Source: Deinococcota bacterium (GTDB lineage: Bacteria > Deinococcota > Deinococci > Deinococcales > Thermaceae). From it: 64,000 nt of DNA. Below the pieces are notes generated by a model, which was given only the letters and a program-made list of their open reading frames with translations, had not been told where the DNA came from and ran no database searches. Where the stretch lies: the NCBI GenBank assembly GCA_041695225.1, contig JBGFRI010000030.1, positions 1 through 64,000 on the forward strand, read 5' to 3'. Positions 27,220-37,932 of the stretch are shown here, in pieces (position 1 is the stretch's first letter; every line of letters begins with the position of its first letter). The translations under genes and the position numbers were made by a program.

Positions 27220-27399
27220 GTCACCTCCTTTCAGCTCCCTGGGGTTATTATAGCCCTGAAATGCTGGTAGTAATTGTCACGTCCCCCATCCGCAAAATTC
27301 TACTTAAACATCTGGCAGTATGAGCGCTGCATGGGTTCCAGACCCAGATGAGCACAGTGGAAATGATACCGGTAGAGACCTGCCCTGAGCGCGGCGAAG

Positions 27400-27850
27400 G
27401 GGAAGTCGAAGTAGAAGGAACCCGTAACCTGGTTCGCGCAGTTCTGAGGCGCGACCTGCGCTTTGTGCACATCTCCACCGAGTATGTTTTCTGGGGCGTT
27501 GTGGGCGGTTACCACCCAGACCACCCGCTGGGGCCGGTGGGAAACTACAGGTGGTTGGTAGTGGGAGGTGGGAAGTAGGAAAACCCCACAACCCTTGGGG
27601 CGAGGCCTACAACCCACCCCCCACTACCTCTACGCCAGCCAGGAATACCTCGAGCCCATCACCCCTAAAAGCGCCCTGGCCCTCCAGCACCTGCGCCAGA
27701 TAGACTGGACAGTTCCATCTCCTACGCTGATTTACCTGCTCCATCCCCTACCTAACCCTGCACATTGCCACCGAGCGCAAGTCGGTGTACGAGCTGGCCA
27801 GGCGAAGCAGGCTCGAGGTGCAGCAGTAGAGCAGGCAAGAGACTGGGCTG
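27400..27850 (+). pseudogene. rmlD-like stub, copy 2
   Basis: VEGTRNLVRA..FVHISTEYVF..PVGNY, then SQEYLE...LRQ(I)PYLTLHIATERKSVYELARR after removing the insert. Confidence 0.65.
27702..27742 (-). mobile_element. 41-bp variant of the 42-bp insertion element
   Basis: AT[AGACTGG...CTGCTCC]AT; removal restores CAG ATC CCC TAC in frame. Confidence 0.7.
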
Positions 27851-27959
27851 ACAACGCCCGACCAGTCACGCCGGTAGAGGGCGTTCTAGGTAGCGTTGTG
27901 CGAATCTGGGGTCTCGCGGGGTTGCGGGGCGATCAGGGCGCAGCCGGCCTTAGCGTAAA

Positions 27960-28280
27960 ATGGGCCTTATGGACTGGCTCGATACTTTAGCTGGGCAGTT
28001 GAGCGCTCTGGGGGTCGAGCGGGTCTATCTGTTTGGCTCCCACGCCCGGGGCAGTTCCACCAGCCGCTCCGACCTGGATCTGCTGGTGCTCTGGGAGACC
28101 GACCTGCCGCCCTTAGAACGCATTGGTCGGGTGCTGTGGGCCCTGCGGGAGCTGCCGGTGGTGGTAGAGCCGGTGGTGCTTACCCCAAAGGAGTTCCAGG
28201 AAAGGCGCGAGCTACCCTTTTTGCGAGGCGTGATGAAGGAGGCCCGGCTCATCTATGAGCGTGGAGAAACAGCGGCGTGA
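27960..28280 (+). CDS. MNT antitoxin
   Basis: YLFGSHARGSSTSRSDLDLLV. Confidence 0.9.
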   Translation: MGLMDWLDTLAGQLSALGVERVYLFGSHARGSSTSRSDLDLLVLWETDLPPLERIGRVLWALRELPVVVEPVVLTPKEFQERRELPFLRGVMKEARLIYERGETAA

Positions 28281-28680
28281 GGCCTGGCGCTGGCTTCGCC
28301 AGGCCGAAGATGACCTCGAGGCCGCAGGGACCCTGGAGGCCGCGGGCAAATTTGCCCAGGCCGCTTTCTTTGCCCAGCAAGCTGGCGAGAAAGCCCTCAA
28401 GGCGGTCTGGCTCTGGCAGGATGCCGACCCCTGGGGGCATTCTCTGGGGCGGCTGGTGCGCCAGATGCCGGAGGGGGCCCAAGAACGCTTCGCCTCCTTG
28501 CTGGAGGCGGCCCTGGCCCTGGACAAGCTCTACATCCCCACCCGCTACCCCGATGCCCTGGCCGAGCTTACCCCTGCCGAGGCTTATACCCAGAGCGAGG
28601 CCCGGGCTGCTCTGGCCCAGGCCCAGGCTATTCTAACTGCGGCGGCGGGCTGGCTGAGCGCCAGGGCAGGGGAAGGGTGA
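28255..28680 (+). CDS. HEPN domain protein
   Basis: WLRQAEDDL..FFAQQAGEKALKA..GHSL..YIPTRYP. Confidence 0.9.
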   Translation: MSVEKQRREAWRWLRQAEDDLEAAGTLEAAGKFAQAAFFAQQAGEKALKAVWLWQDADPWGHSLGRLVRQMPEGAQERFASLLEAALALDKLYIPTRYPDALAELTPAEAYTQSEARAALAQAQAILTAAAGWLSARAGEG

Positions 28681-28859
28681 TCGCGCTACCCCAGTTCAAC
28701 CTGCAAACCCTCCGGGCTATGCTGCGGCGGTTCTTTAACTGCTCAGCCGCTGCGGGTATACCTGGTTAGTTTAGGAGTATCTTCGTGAACGGCCAAAGAC
28801 CTCACCCAGATTGACAGCAGGTAGTCCTGGTTCTAAAATGGCTCCAGATAAGATGTGCT

Positions 28860-29105
28860 TTGGAGGAATTTTTGCCCGTCAACCTATCGGTTAAAAACGC
28901 CCCTGATGACCTGGTAGCAAAGCTTCGGGCAAGAGCCAGGCGCCATCATCGCTCCCTCCAAGGCGAGTTGCTGGCCATCCTGGAGGAGGCCGTTGGACCC
29001 ACCAAGCTCTCCCTGGACGATGCCGAGCGACGTCTGCGGGGCCTCGGTTTCGTAACCGGCGACGATTCTACCGCCTGGGTCCGAGAACTGCGTGAAGCCC
29101 GCTAG
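28860..29105 (+). CDS. FitA/Arc-like ribbon-helix-helix antitoxin
   Basis: NLSVKNAPDDLVAKLRARARRHHRSLQGELLAILEE. Confidence 0.85.
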   Translation: MEEFLPVNLSVKNAPDDLVAKLRARARRHHRSLQGELLAILEEAVGPTKLSLDDAERRLRGLGFVTGDDSTAWVRELREAR

Positions 29106-29471
29106 GGTAGTGGACGCCTCGGTTCTGGCGGCCTGGTCCTTCCGCGAACCCAGAGCAGCGGAAGCCCTGGCCAAGCTGCAAGATTCAGACCTCTACGCGC
29201 CCACTCTCCTGGCCTACGAGCTTGCCAGCATTGCCAGAAAGAAAGCTGCGGCAGATCCCCAAAAGCTTGGTCTCCTGGCCGAAGCGCTTCAGATAGCTCT
29301 GGCTCTTCCGATCCACTGGATCGAGGTAGACCACATTGCGGTCTTGCGGCTGGCGGTGGCTGTCAACCTCACTACCTACGACGCCAGCTACCTCTATCTG
29401 GCTCGGTTACTAGGGGCATCGCTGTCACTTTTGACCAACGCCTAGCGCAAGCAGCGCGGAACCTGGGATAG
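29092..29471 (+). pseudogene. vapC: VapC PIN toxin with a 1-bp frameshift just before the terminal TxD motif
   Basis: VVDASVL..YELAS..YDASYL; the expected VTFDQRLAQAARNLG* lies in another frame ending at 29471. Confidence 0.75.
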
Positions 29472-29660
29472 GCTGCACCTGATGTTGCGATGCGGCGGGT
29501 GTTAACTGGTATGAACTTTTCGCCAGCCCCGCGACCTGCCAGCTTTGGCGGGCTATGCTGGAGGGATTCTTTACTGCTCAGCTAGTAGAGTTGCCCTTCG
29601 GTAAAGCGTGGGGCTAACGGCCTACTGAAGCAGGCTGACCCTCCAGAACGAGCTGCTCTA

Positions 29661-29840
29661 TGTGCACATCTCCACCGAGTATGTTTTCTGGGGCGTTGTG
29701 GGCGGCTACCACCAAGACCACCCGCTGGGGCCGGTGGGTAACTACAGGTAGTTGGTAGTAGGAGGCGGGAAGTAGGAAAACCCCACAACCTTTGGGGTGA
29801 AGCCTACAACCCCCTCACGACCTCTACACCAGCCAGCATT
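29661..29840 (+). pseudogene. rmlD-like stub, copy 3 (duplicate of 27464-27640)
   Basis: Near-identical TGTGCACATCTCCACCGAGTATGTTTTCTGGGGCG...GAAAACCCCACAACC block. Confidence 0.75.
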
Positions 29841-29934
29841 ACGGGGCTAGAGCTGCCTTGATCGAGCTATTGCCTTGTGAACCCAATCTTCAGTTTGCGC
29901 ATGTTCACGTGCAAGGTGTGCTACACTGGGTACC

Positions 29935-30177
29935 ATGGAGACGCAAAATGTCACCGTGCGTATGCCCAAGGCCCTGCTCCGCAAGGCCAAACAGGTGGCC
30001 GCCGCACGAGGCACCACCCTGACGGCATTGGTGATTGAAGGGCTGGCACGCGCTACCAGTGGTGATGAAGCCTACCGTGAAGCCTTAGCACGGCAACGGG
30101 CCTTGATGCAGGCCGGGCATCTGCTGCGCGAGCCCAACCAGCTCTTCCCTCACCGCGACGCCGCACATGAGCGTTAA
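29935..30177 (+). CDS. RHH antitoxin
   Basis: QNVTVRMPKALLRKAKQVAAARGTTLTALV. Confidence 0.85.
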   Translation: METQNVTVRMPKALLRKAKQVAAARGTTLTALVIEGLARATSGDEAYREALARQRALMQAGHLLREPNQLFPHRDAAHER

Positions 30178-30586
30178 GTTGGAGTTTGTCGATACCAACG
30201 TCCTTCTATATGCTTACGACCACAGCGAACGCATAAAGCAGCGCCAGGCCGAGACGCTTCTAACCGACCTCTGGCAGCGTCGTGCGGGCTGCCTCAGCAT
30301 CCAGGTGCTGCAAGAGTTCTATGTCAATGCCACGCGCAAGCTATCACGACCGCTAAAGCTAGCTACCGCTAAAGAGATCGTCTGTGACTACTCGCTGTGG
30401 ATCGTCCATCTGCCTACTACTAACGACCTGCCCTCGGCCATCGGCCTGCATGAGCAGTATCAGGTGTCGTTTTGGGACGCCATGATCCTGCAATCCGCGC
30501 TCGAGCTCGGCTGTGCCCTGTTATGGTCGGAGGACCTGAACCCCGGCCAGTCTTTTGCCGGGCTTACCGTGCGGAGCCCCTTTTAG
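30167..30586 (+). CDS. vapC: PIN-domain toxin
   Basis: FVDTNVLLYA, QVLQEF, FWDAMI, WSEDL. Confidence 0.92.
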   Translation: MSVKLEFVDTNVLLYAYDHSERIKQRQAETLLTDLWQRRAGCLSIQVLQEFYVNATRKLSRPLKLATAKEIVCDYSLWIVHLPTTNDLPSAIGLHEQYQVSFWDAMILQSALELGCALLWSEDLNPGQSFAGLTVRSPF

Positions 30587-30830
30587 CGTGGGGGACGGGG
30601 CGAAGGGAGCGCGTGAGTTGCCCGAGCGGGCAGCGGGGTCGGGCGCCGACCACGTCCTGGCCCTGCGGGGTCGGTGAGCAACCTCGAGCCCAGCTTGGGC
30701 ATGTTGTTAGGATAAAATGCCCCGGTGGGCTGGCTCAAGACCCCAACGGAAGGCCTGGCAGACTGCGAAGGAGCTAGTGCTTGGAGGAAGAGGCAGTGAA
30801 GGTGGTGCGGAGGGGAAGGAGGGGAAATAG

Positions 30831-31247
30831 ATGACGACCCTAACGCTCGCTGAAGCCGTTAGAAAGTTTTCTGCGCAGGTAGCGGAAATTCTGAAAGACA
30901 GGTATCAGGATAAACTGGTTTCGGTCTGCCTTTTTGGTTCGGCGGCCAGGGGACAGTAGAGAAAGGGGAGCAACATAGATTTCTTGGCAGTGATGACAGA
31001 GGCCCACCAGACCTACCCCAAACGGGTCAAAGAGATCATGCTGTTGAGTGAGCGCATCTACCGCATCGGCAGGCTTTTCGAAAGGGCCGAAGATGTGCTA
31101 AAGACCCCTGCCGACGCCACCCTCTGGCTCAGGACGCCCAAGCGCTACTTAAGCGGCAGGGCTCCCTTGCAGTACGCCGATTCCGAGGTGGGCGCCCTGG
31201 CCGTCGAGCGATTTTTAGGCCGGATCGAGCACGGGGTTGTTAGTTGA
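30831..31247 (+). pseudogene. Chimeric relic: MNT N-terminus (internal stop) fused to an Xre/MbcA/ParS antitoxin C-terminus
   Basis: LFGSAARGQ*RKGSNIDFL then SERIYRI...WLRTPKRYLSGRAPL..G...V..FLGRIEHG. Confidence 0.65.
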
Positions 31248-31391
31248 CCCTTACCGCTACTTGTCCGCCACCCGTGGTCCGGGAACCGCGATCTGTGAAC
31301 CACCTGCCACGGTCTTTAGGACCAGGCACAACGGAAACAGGATACCCCCGCCCGACCAGGGGCGGTTTTACATGATAGGCACGCCTCAGCC

Positions 31392-31766
31392 CTATACCAT
31401 CGGCAGTTCACGTATGCGGACCGACACATCGTCAACGGTGATTGCGGCCCCCGTAGCCAGGCGTGTGCGGACCAGAGGCAAGATCTCGAGGAGTTTTCGG
31501 CTGATGGAGGCTGGGTCCGAAGCCTTGAGCCGCAGGGTAAGTAAACTGGGGCGGTTGTGGCCGCCCAGGGCCAGCAGAGCGGAGAAATCGAGGTCCTGGG
31601 TGATGAGAGCCCTTCCCTCGCGGCGAGCCAACTCCAGGATCTCGCTGTCCGTTGCGTTCACTGGCAGGCGCTCGGAAACCCGGACCGCGTCCCACCCTGC
31701 CTCCCGCAGCGCAACCACGGTCACCGGAGCGATGTTCATGTCGGCCAGGATCGGTACCTCGGGCAT
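31392..31766 (-). CDS. DUF5615 (Mut7-C/PIN-like) toxin
   Basis: ILADMNI..G.D....D..I...ARREGRALITQDLDF. Confidence 0.85.
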   Translation of the reverse strand: MPEVPILADMNIAPVTVVALREAGWDAVRVSERLPVNATDSEILELARREGRALITQDLDFSALLALGGHNRPSLLTLRLKASDPASISRKLLEILPLVRTRLATGAAITVDDVSVRIRELPMV

Positions 31767-31775
31767 ACGGGTGGG

Positions 31776-32006
31776 TCAGCCGGTGGGAACCATGTAGATC
31801 TGATCGGAGACGACCCATGCAGCATACTTCATGGCTTGCCGAATGTCCTCCGGCTCCAGTTCCGGGTATGCCTGGAGCACCTCGTCGGGCGTTGCCCCTG
31901 CAGCGAGCATCTTGAGGACCACGCTTACGGTAATACGCATCCCGCGGATGGTCGGCTGGCCCAGACAAACATCAGGGGCGATGGTAATCCTGTCAAGCTC
32001 CCTCAT
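31776..32006 (-). CDS. DUF433 antitoxin
   Basis: RITIAPDVCLGQPTIRGMRITV..YPEL..EDI. Confidence 0.92.
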   Translation of the reverse strand: MRELDRITIAPDVCLGQPTIRGMRITVSVVLKMLAAGATPDEVLQAYPELEPEDIRQAMKYAAWVVSDQIYMVPTG

Positions 32007-32179
32007 CGGTCCCCTCCACGAATACCGCTCATACTACACTACCATAGGTCGGACCCCCTAGGTCACGGGAAGCCGGTCTCTGTGACCAATCTTCACTGGG
32101 AGCAACACCTCGAGCCCATCACCCATCTACTTCTACTGTTCAGGGCCGAACCTCTGCTCACACGAAAGGCGGCAGAGCA

Positions 32180-33421
32180 CTACTGTTTATGGTTCATTCT
32201 TTCAAAAAGGCTCTTATACAACCCGACCACATGCTCCCTTGAATATTCTTTTTCTGCCAGCAGACGAGCACGTCTCCCCATAGCTGTAAGCTGCTCCGGA
32301 TTGCTTTCTGCCTCCAAGACTGCACTCACAAAGGCGCCGACCTTACCGGGAGGCACTACCCACCCGAGTTCCTTTTCCCGGATAACCAGTGCTAATTCTG
32401 AGTTCTCATCGCCCATGCTGATAATTGGCTTGCCGGCAGCCATAATATTGTACGCCCGGCTGGGCACAGAAATACCCAGCATTCCCTTTACCAGTGCCGA
32501 AACAGCAACATCGCCCGCATTAAGAAAAGTGTTTTGATCGGATCTGGGCCTCGGGTTTAAGAGGGTAACATTAGTAAGACGATATGCTTTGACCCGATCT
32601 TCTAACCATTTTCGCTTGGCCCCTGAACCTATAAAGAGGAAATGTATCCTTGGGTTTTCAGAAAGGATTTTAGCTGCCTCTACTAAAGATTCAATGTCAT
32701 GTGGATATCCCATATTTCCGGCATATTGAACGACGAACTTATCTTCCAACCGCAGTTCTTTCAAAAGCGGGTTATCTTCACGCCGGCAGGGGGAGATAGA
32801 ATCAATTTCGGCCCAGTTGGGTATCACATGGACGCGCTCGTGGCCCTGGTTCCCGAGCTTCTGTAAGACCAGCGAACGCATATCTCTGCCCAGCACAACA
32901 ATATGCTCCGCTGCCCGGTAAAGGTAAAAGTTAAGCCTCTCAAGCAAACGGTAGGCAAGACTAGTTGTCTTGAGCATGCCGGCAACATTCAGCATGTCAG
33001 GATACACATCGTCAATTCGCAATACAAACTTTGCACCTTTGAGTTTGCAGGCCAGCCAGACAACAAAAGGAAGCAGGGGAGGGTTAGTAACCACCAATAC
33101 TAAATCTGACCGGTGGATCGAACCAATCGCCATAAAAAAAGAAGAAAAGCCGATGCTGATAATGTTCAGAAGCCTTAAGCCTAGCTTGTCTTTATTAAAT
33201 GTTGTTGAATGGTAACGCCGGATACTCACACCATTGTGCATTTCTCTTGCCGGTGCGCGTGTGCCCCGCATGGAATAAGTCGGTTGCGCACAAATGGCCA
33301 TAACAGAGTAATCTGACGAGAGCCCCTCTGCAATCTTAGTCATGAAATACCCTGTAGCCGATTCTTCGGGGTAATATAACTCAGAAAAGACCAGAATCCG
33401 CGGCAAATCTTTCTTGACCAT
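32180..33421 (-). CDS. GT4 glycosyltransferase (WbuB-like)
   Basis: ELYYPE, YAGNMG, VPSRAYNIMAAGKP. Confidence 0.9.
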   Translation of the reverse strand: MVKKDLPRILVFSELYYPEESATGYFMTKIAEGLSSDYSVMAICAQPTYSMRGTRAPAREMHNGVSIRRYHSTTFNKDKLGLRLLNIISIGFSSFFMAIGSIHRSDLVLVVTNPPLLPFVVWLACKLKGAKFVLRIDDVYPDMLNVAGMLKTTSLAYRLLERLNFYLYRAAEHIVVLGRDMRSLVLQKLGNQGHERVHVIPNWAEIDSISPCRREDNPLLKELRLEDKFVVQYAGNMGYPHDIESLVEAAKILSENPRIHFLFIGSGAKRKWLEDRVKAYRLTNVTLLNPRPRSDQNTFLNAGDVAVSALVKGMLGISVPSRAYNIMAAGKPIISMGDENSELALVIREKELGWVVPPGKVGAFVSAVLEAESNPEQLTAMGRRARLLAEKEYSREHVVGLYKSLFERMNHKQ

Positions 33422-33424
33422 CGG

Positions 33425-34555
33425 TTACTTCCTTTGGTCTGTTTTCTCTTCATTCCGCACGGCGCTACTCATACCCGGGGAAAAATCTGCCAGGCTTTCA
33501 ATAATTTCCCAATTATCCCTAAACCATTCGATGTTTTTCATAAAACCATCTCTAAAATCAGTCATCGGACGGTAATTGATTAGCCTCTGGGCCTTTTCAA
33601 TAGATGCCAATAGCCTTGGCTTGGTGTCCCACTTTCGCTTTGGTTTGTATATCAAATCGGCCTTGTTGTTAGTGGTCTCGTTTACCAGCTTAGCCATCTC
33701 CAGAATGCTTATTTCTCTACCTGACGCTAAATTAAAGTTTTGGCCAACTGCCTCAGGGTAGAAGCCGGACTTTACCAGACCCTGCACCAAGTCCAGCACA
33801 TAGGCAAAATCCCGCGTCTCTTCACCAGTTCCGGTAATTGGTAGTGACTGCCCCTTCATTGCCCAGTAAATAAAATTCGGGATCACATTCCGGTACTGAC
33901 CGGGAACTTCGCCGGGGCCGTAGGAGTTAAAAAAGCGGCAGTTGACTGTCTGCATGTTGTAGTGATGGGCATAAAAATTACAGTACATTTCTCCGGTCAT
34001 TTTGTTAACCTGATATGGCGTGGTTAAATGCATGGATATAAAGTCTTCTTTCAGGGGCAGCTGAGGGTAGGAGCCATAAATAGAGCATCCACTTGAGGCG
34101 TAAATAAACTTTTCCACACCGCCTAGCCGTGAATATTCCAGCAACTTAATAAGCCCGATGATATCCACTTCAGCCGATATCTCCGGGTAATCAATTGAAT
34201 TTTGATTGGCAAAAAACGCCGCCAGGTGAAACACCAGGGTGATATCTTCTTTGAAGACCCTCTTTAAATCAACATCACTCCTCACGTCACCTTCAACAAA
34301 CATGATATTGCTCAGAGGCACCACATTCCAGGGCGTTTTTTGCTTAATGGACGACAAATTGTCTAATATAACAACTTTGCCGCTCCTGCCCACCAATTCA
34401 GACAGAGCAATTACCAGATTGCTGCCAATGGCGCCAGCTCCGCCTGTGACCAGGACATTTCTGCCTTCATAATATTTTGTCAATGCCGCTTCCAGGTTCA
34501 GTTGCCGCAGATATTCATTGACCCATTTAATTCTCTTTTCGTTGCTGGTAGACAT
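33425..34555 (-). CDS. NAD-dependent NDP-sugar epimerase/dehydratase
   Basis: VTGGAGAIG, YQVNK, RFFNSYGP, TRDF. Confidence 0.9.
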   Translation of the reverse strand: MSTSNEKRIKWVNEYLRQLNLEAALTKYYEGRNVLVTGGAGAIGSNLVIALSELVGRSGKVVILDNLSSIKQKTPWNVVPLSNIMFVEGDVRSDVDLKRVFKEDITLVFHLAAFFANQNSIDYPEISAEVDIIGLIKLLEYSRLGGVEKFIYASSGCSIYGSYPQLPLKEDFISMHLTTPYQVNKMTGEMYCNFYAHHYNMQTVNCRFFNSYGPGEVPGQYRNVIPNFIYWAMKGQSLPITGTGEETRDFAYVLDLVQGLVKSGFYPEAVGQNFNLASGREISILEMAKLVNETTNNKADLIYKPKRKWDTKPRLLASIEKAQRLINYRPMTDFRDGFMKNIEWFRDNWEIIESLADFSPGMSSAVRNEEKTDQRK

Positions 34556-34576
34556 TTGTACCTCCAGGTAGGATGC

Positions 34577-35506
34577 TCAAATTCTATAAAACCATTTCAT
34601 CCATTCAACCGTTCTTTTGATCCCCTCGCGGGGAGCGACAACAGGGTTATGTTTTAGGTCACGCGCAGCTTTGGAAAAATCCATCGTTTTGACCTTGGTT
34701 GTAAACGGTTCTGCTTCCTTATAGGTCACCAGTGATTCACTAGCGCCGGTAGCCTCTAAGATCAGGTCAGAATATTCCTTTATGTCCATTTCCCACTCTG
34801 CCCTGCCCCCGACATTGTAAACCTCGCCCGGAATGAAATTATCAAGTATGTTCGCAAAGGTTCTACAAGTGTCTTCCACATAATCTATTATCCGCTTGTG
34901 GCCCCTATAGACTGTATATGGCTTGCCGTGCAAACAACAAAAGATGAATTTAGGAATAAAGCCTCTAAAGGGCGTATACTCTTCGTGCGGGCCATAACAG
35001 TTGACAGGGCGCACCCTAACCGTTTCGGTGCCAAACATTTTTGCCGAGTTCAAACACATCAATTCACCAGCCCACTTTGATATGGCGTAGTCGTTCATCT
35101 GATAAGTATCTTTTATTCTATTCTCCTCCATTACCGCCTCGGTCATCTCGCCTTCATAATCACCATAGACCTCTGCCGAGGAAAACGAGATCATCCTGAA
35201 CTTAAGTTTTTCCTGGAGCCGCAAAATGTGCTTTAATCCAATCACGTTGGTCTGCCACAAATTTTCATAATAAGCCTCGCCATTCCATCGGCCGTACTCG
35301 GCTGCAAGGTGATAAACATAATCAAACGGCCCATATTCCTCAAAAACCTTTTCTATCTGGCGATAATTTCCTACATCACATCTGACATAATCGTCCCGGT
35401 CTGTGTTAGGCAGGTCACAAGCAATAACTTTATGGCCCCTTACTCGCAGTTCATTACACAAATTTGTGCCTATAAAGCCGGCGCCACCGGTCACTAATAT
35501 TTTCAT
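34577..35506 (-). CDS. NAD-dependent NDP-sugar epimerase/dehydratase
   Basis: VTGGAGFIG, SSAEVYG, YAISK, NCYGP. Confidence 0.9.
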   Translation of the reverse strand: MKILVTGGAGFIGTNLCNELRVRGHKVIACDLPNTDRDDYVRCDVGNYRQIEKVFEEYGPFDYVYHLAAEYGRWNGEAYYENLWQTNVIGLKHILRLQEKLKFRMISFSSAEVYGDYEGEMTEAVMEENRIKDTYQMNDYAISKWAGELMCLNSAKMFGTETVRVRPVNCYGPHEEYTPFRGFIPKFIFCCLHGKPYTVYRGHKRIIDYVEDTCRTFANILDNFIPGEVYNVGGRAEWEMDIKEYSDLILEATGASESLVTYKEAEPFTTKVKTMDFSKAARDLKHNPVVAPREGIKRTVEWMKWFYRI

Positions 35507-36690
35507 CTTACTTTTTCCTCTCTTTTAGTTCTTCTGCTGCTTTCACCTAAGACCTCTTCATACATTTTAATCATTTGGTCGGCAACTTTGTCCCAGGTAA
35601 ACTTTTCAGCTACCAGCCGCCGGCCGTTACTGCCCATCTGTTGCCGCAACTGCGCGTCGCCCAGCAGCTTCTCTATCGCCGTTGCCAATTGGTCTGCTTC
35701 CGATTCAATAACCAGCCCGGCTCCGGCCTGAGCCACCTCAGGGAAGTGACACTGGCGAGTGATTATGACCGGAAGGCTCGAGGCCATTGCTTCCAAAATA
35801 GCCATGCTAAAACCCTCGGAGTATGAAGGGAGCACAAAAACATCCGCTCCACCCAACGCCGCTAGTTTCTCATACCCGGTCAACATCCCAGCAAAGACCA
35901 CTTTATCTAAAACACCTTCCGCCTCTAAGATTTTCACAATTTCAGCGCGGTATCCATCCCTATCCGGCCCGACCACCAGCAAAAAAAGCTCGTCTCGCCC
36001 CTTAGCCACCTTTCCGAAAGCCCTGGCTAAAATATCAAGCCCCTTTATCGGGTGCAGACGGCCAAGAAAAAGCACCACCTGCTTCCCGACAAGCTGGGGA
36101 TAAAGTCGCTCCAGTTCCTGGCGAGACGGAAGCGCTTGAAACTCTTCGGCGTTTATTCCGTTTGGGATCATCTTAATCTCGTTATCTATCCCAAAGGCGC
36201 GAATGTGTTTAACCTCCTCATCAGTGATCGCATGTAGTGCCGCTGCTTCTTTTAGAACACGCCGCTGGATTAGCGCTGAGTAAATCTTTTTCTTTAATCC
36301 CTTATGGTTTATTGCCCACGGCTCTAAGCCCCCGTGAACGGTTACCACGTATGGTATATTTACCTTTTTTGCCGCGTGGTAAGCGGCAAGATGCGGTTGG
36401 CTCCATAGTTCGTGGATATGCACCAGGTCAAACTTGGCCACCTCTTGCGCCACTGCCTTGGCTAACTCAGGTGAATAACCAGACCACCAGCGGGCAAAAA
36501 ACCCTTGCTCAAAAAGCCGTAAATTTACTCCCTTAGGCTGGATAATCTTTGCTTCATCCCCCATCGTCACCGGACAAAACACTGATATCTCTAAACCCTT
36601 TTTTGCTAAAGCCTCGCTTAATTCAGTAACAGCTTTTGTGGGGCCTCCCCATTCAGGAGATAGACTGACTACAACATAGAGTATTTTCAT
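35503..36690 (-). CDS. GT4 glycosyltransferase
   Basis: FLGRLHPIKG, PSYSEGFSMAILEAMA. Confidence 0.92.
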   Translation of the reverse strand: MKILYVVVSLSPEWGGPTKAVTELSEALAKKGLEISVFCPVTMGDEAKIIQPKGVNLRLFEQGFFARWWSGYSPELAKAVAQEVAKFDLVHIHELWSQPHLAAYHAAKKVNIPYVVTVHGGLEPWAINHKGLKKKIYSALIQRRVLKEAAALHAITDEEVKHIRAFGIDNEIKMIPNGINAEEFQALPSRQELERLYPQLVGKQVVLFLGRLHPIKGLDILARAFGKVAKGRDELFLLVVGPDRDGYRAEIVKILEAEGVLDKVVFAGMLTGYEKLAALGGADVFVLPSYSEGFSMAILEAMASSLPVIITRQCHFPEVAQAGAGLVIESEADQLATAIEKLLGDAQLRQQMGSNGRRLVAEKFTWDKVADQMIKMYEEVLGESSRRTKREEKVR

Positions 36691-36771
36691 CTTTTGCTGC
36701 CTCTCCCGCTCATGCCTCCGCTGGTTAGATTGACAATAGACATTTTCATAGCTAGCTTACCTGTGACTTTG

Positions 36772-37932
36772 TTATACTTCATATCTTTGGCCTTTCGCCT
36801 TAATAATGGAATCATATAACTCTTCAATCTTCCGCATTTCATGAACAGCAGTAAAGCGTTCCTCTATCCGTCTTCTTGCTACGTGTCCCATGCTCAGAGC
36901 TCTCTCAGGATCTTTAAGGATAGAAAGTACGGCTTGAGCAATTGATTCAGGTTTCGAATCAGGCAGTAGAATTCCAGTTCTGCCATTCTCAACTGCCTCG
37001 GGAATTCCACCCACAGCCGTAGCAACAACGGGTTTTGCGCAAGCCATCGCTTCCAAGACAGCCCAAGGCATTCCTTCTGCCTTTGATGGTAGCACAAAGA
37101 TATCAAAAGCCTTCATTATTTCCGTGATATCACTAACCCAGGGTAAAAATTGAACATTGTTCTCTATGCCCAATTCCTGAACTCGCAGCTGGCAAAGGGC
37201 TTTATCTGGCCCCTCTCCCACGATAAGAAGTTTTGTTTTGGGAAATTGTTCTAAAATCAAAGGAAACGCCTCGATCAAAGAATCAACACCTTTCCAATAA
37301 CCTATGACTCCAAAATAGCCCAGAACAGGCTCTTTTTTTAACAACCGCTCATTGAGAACACCTAAACTACTTCGCCAGGGGAATCTTTCAGATTCCACAC
37401 CATTGTGAATAATGATAATTTTTTCAGACATTACCTTGAAGTCGCGAACCAAATCATTTCCTGTCTTATTGGAAATTGCAATAAATCTATCTATCTTGTT
37501 TTTAACAATCCCATATGCCAACCGGTAAGTTACTTTCTTCCAACCAAGGGCAAAGCTGGGAATTAATCCCCCTTCCAGCGAAGAAATAATGTAAGGCACT
37601 TTAGCTATTTTTGCCGCAAAAGTGCCTACTATATCGGCCTGAATAAAAATAGTATGTAAGATCACGGCATCCTTTTTTGTCAGAATTTTTGCCAACTTAA
37701 CAATCGCTGGAAGACAAAGCGTTTTCAGTTTCGAAAGCTCAGGCATAGAAATAACCTCAATGCCATATTTCTCTAAAGTTTTCACCCGCTCCATATCAGA
37801 TTCGGTCGGACCAGAAAAAATTAAAGTAACTCTATATTTATTCTTGTCTATGTTCTTTGCCCAGTGAGAGAGATGAACAAAAGTCCCACCCTTATTCTCA
37901 AGAGGGGTACAAAGCCATACAATATTCTTCAT
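36772..37932 (-). CDS. GT4 glycosyltransferase
   Basis: PSKAEGMPWAVLEAMACAKPVV. Confidence 0.92.
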   Translation of the reverse strand: MKNIVWLCTPLENKGGTFVHLSHWAKNIDKNKYRVTLIFSGPTESDMERVKTLEKYGIEVISMPELSKLKTLCLPAIVKLAKILTKKDAVILHTIFIQADIVGTFAAKIAKVPYIISSLEGGLIPSFALGWKKVTYRLAYGIVKNKIDRFIAISNKTGNDLVRDFKVMSEKIIIIHNGVESERFPWRSSLGVLNERLLKKEPVLGYFGVIGYWKGVDSLIEAFPLILEQFPKTKLLIVGEGPDKALCQLRVQELGIENNVQFLPWVSDITEIMKAFDIFVLPSKAEGMPWAVLEAMACAKPVVATAVGGIPEAVENGRTGILLPDSKPESIAQAVLSILKDPERALSMGHVARRRIEERFTAVHEMRKIEELYDSIIKAKGQRYEV

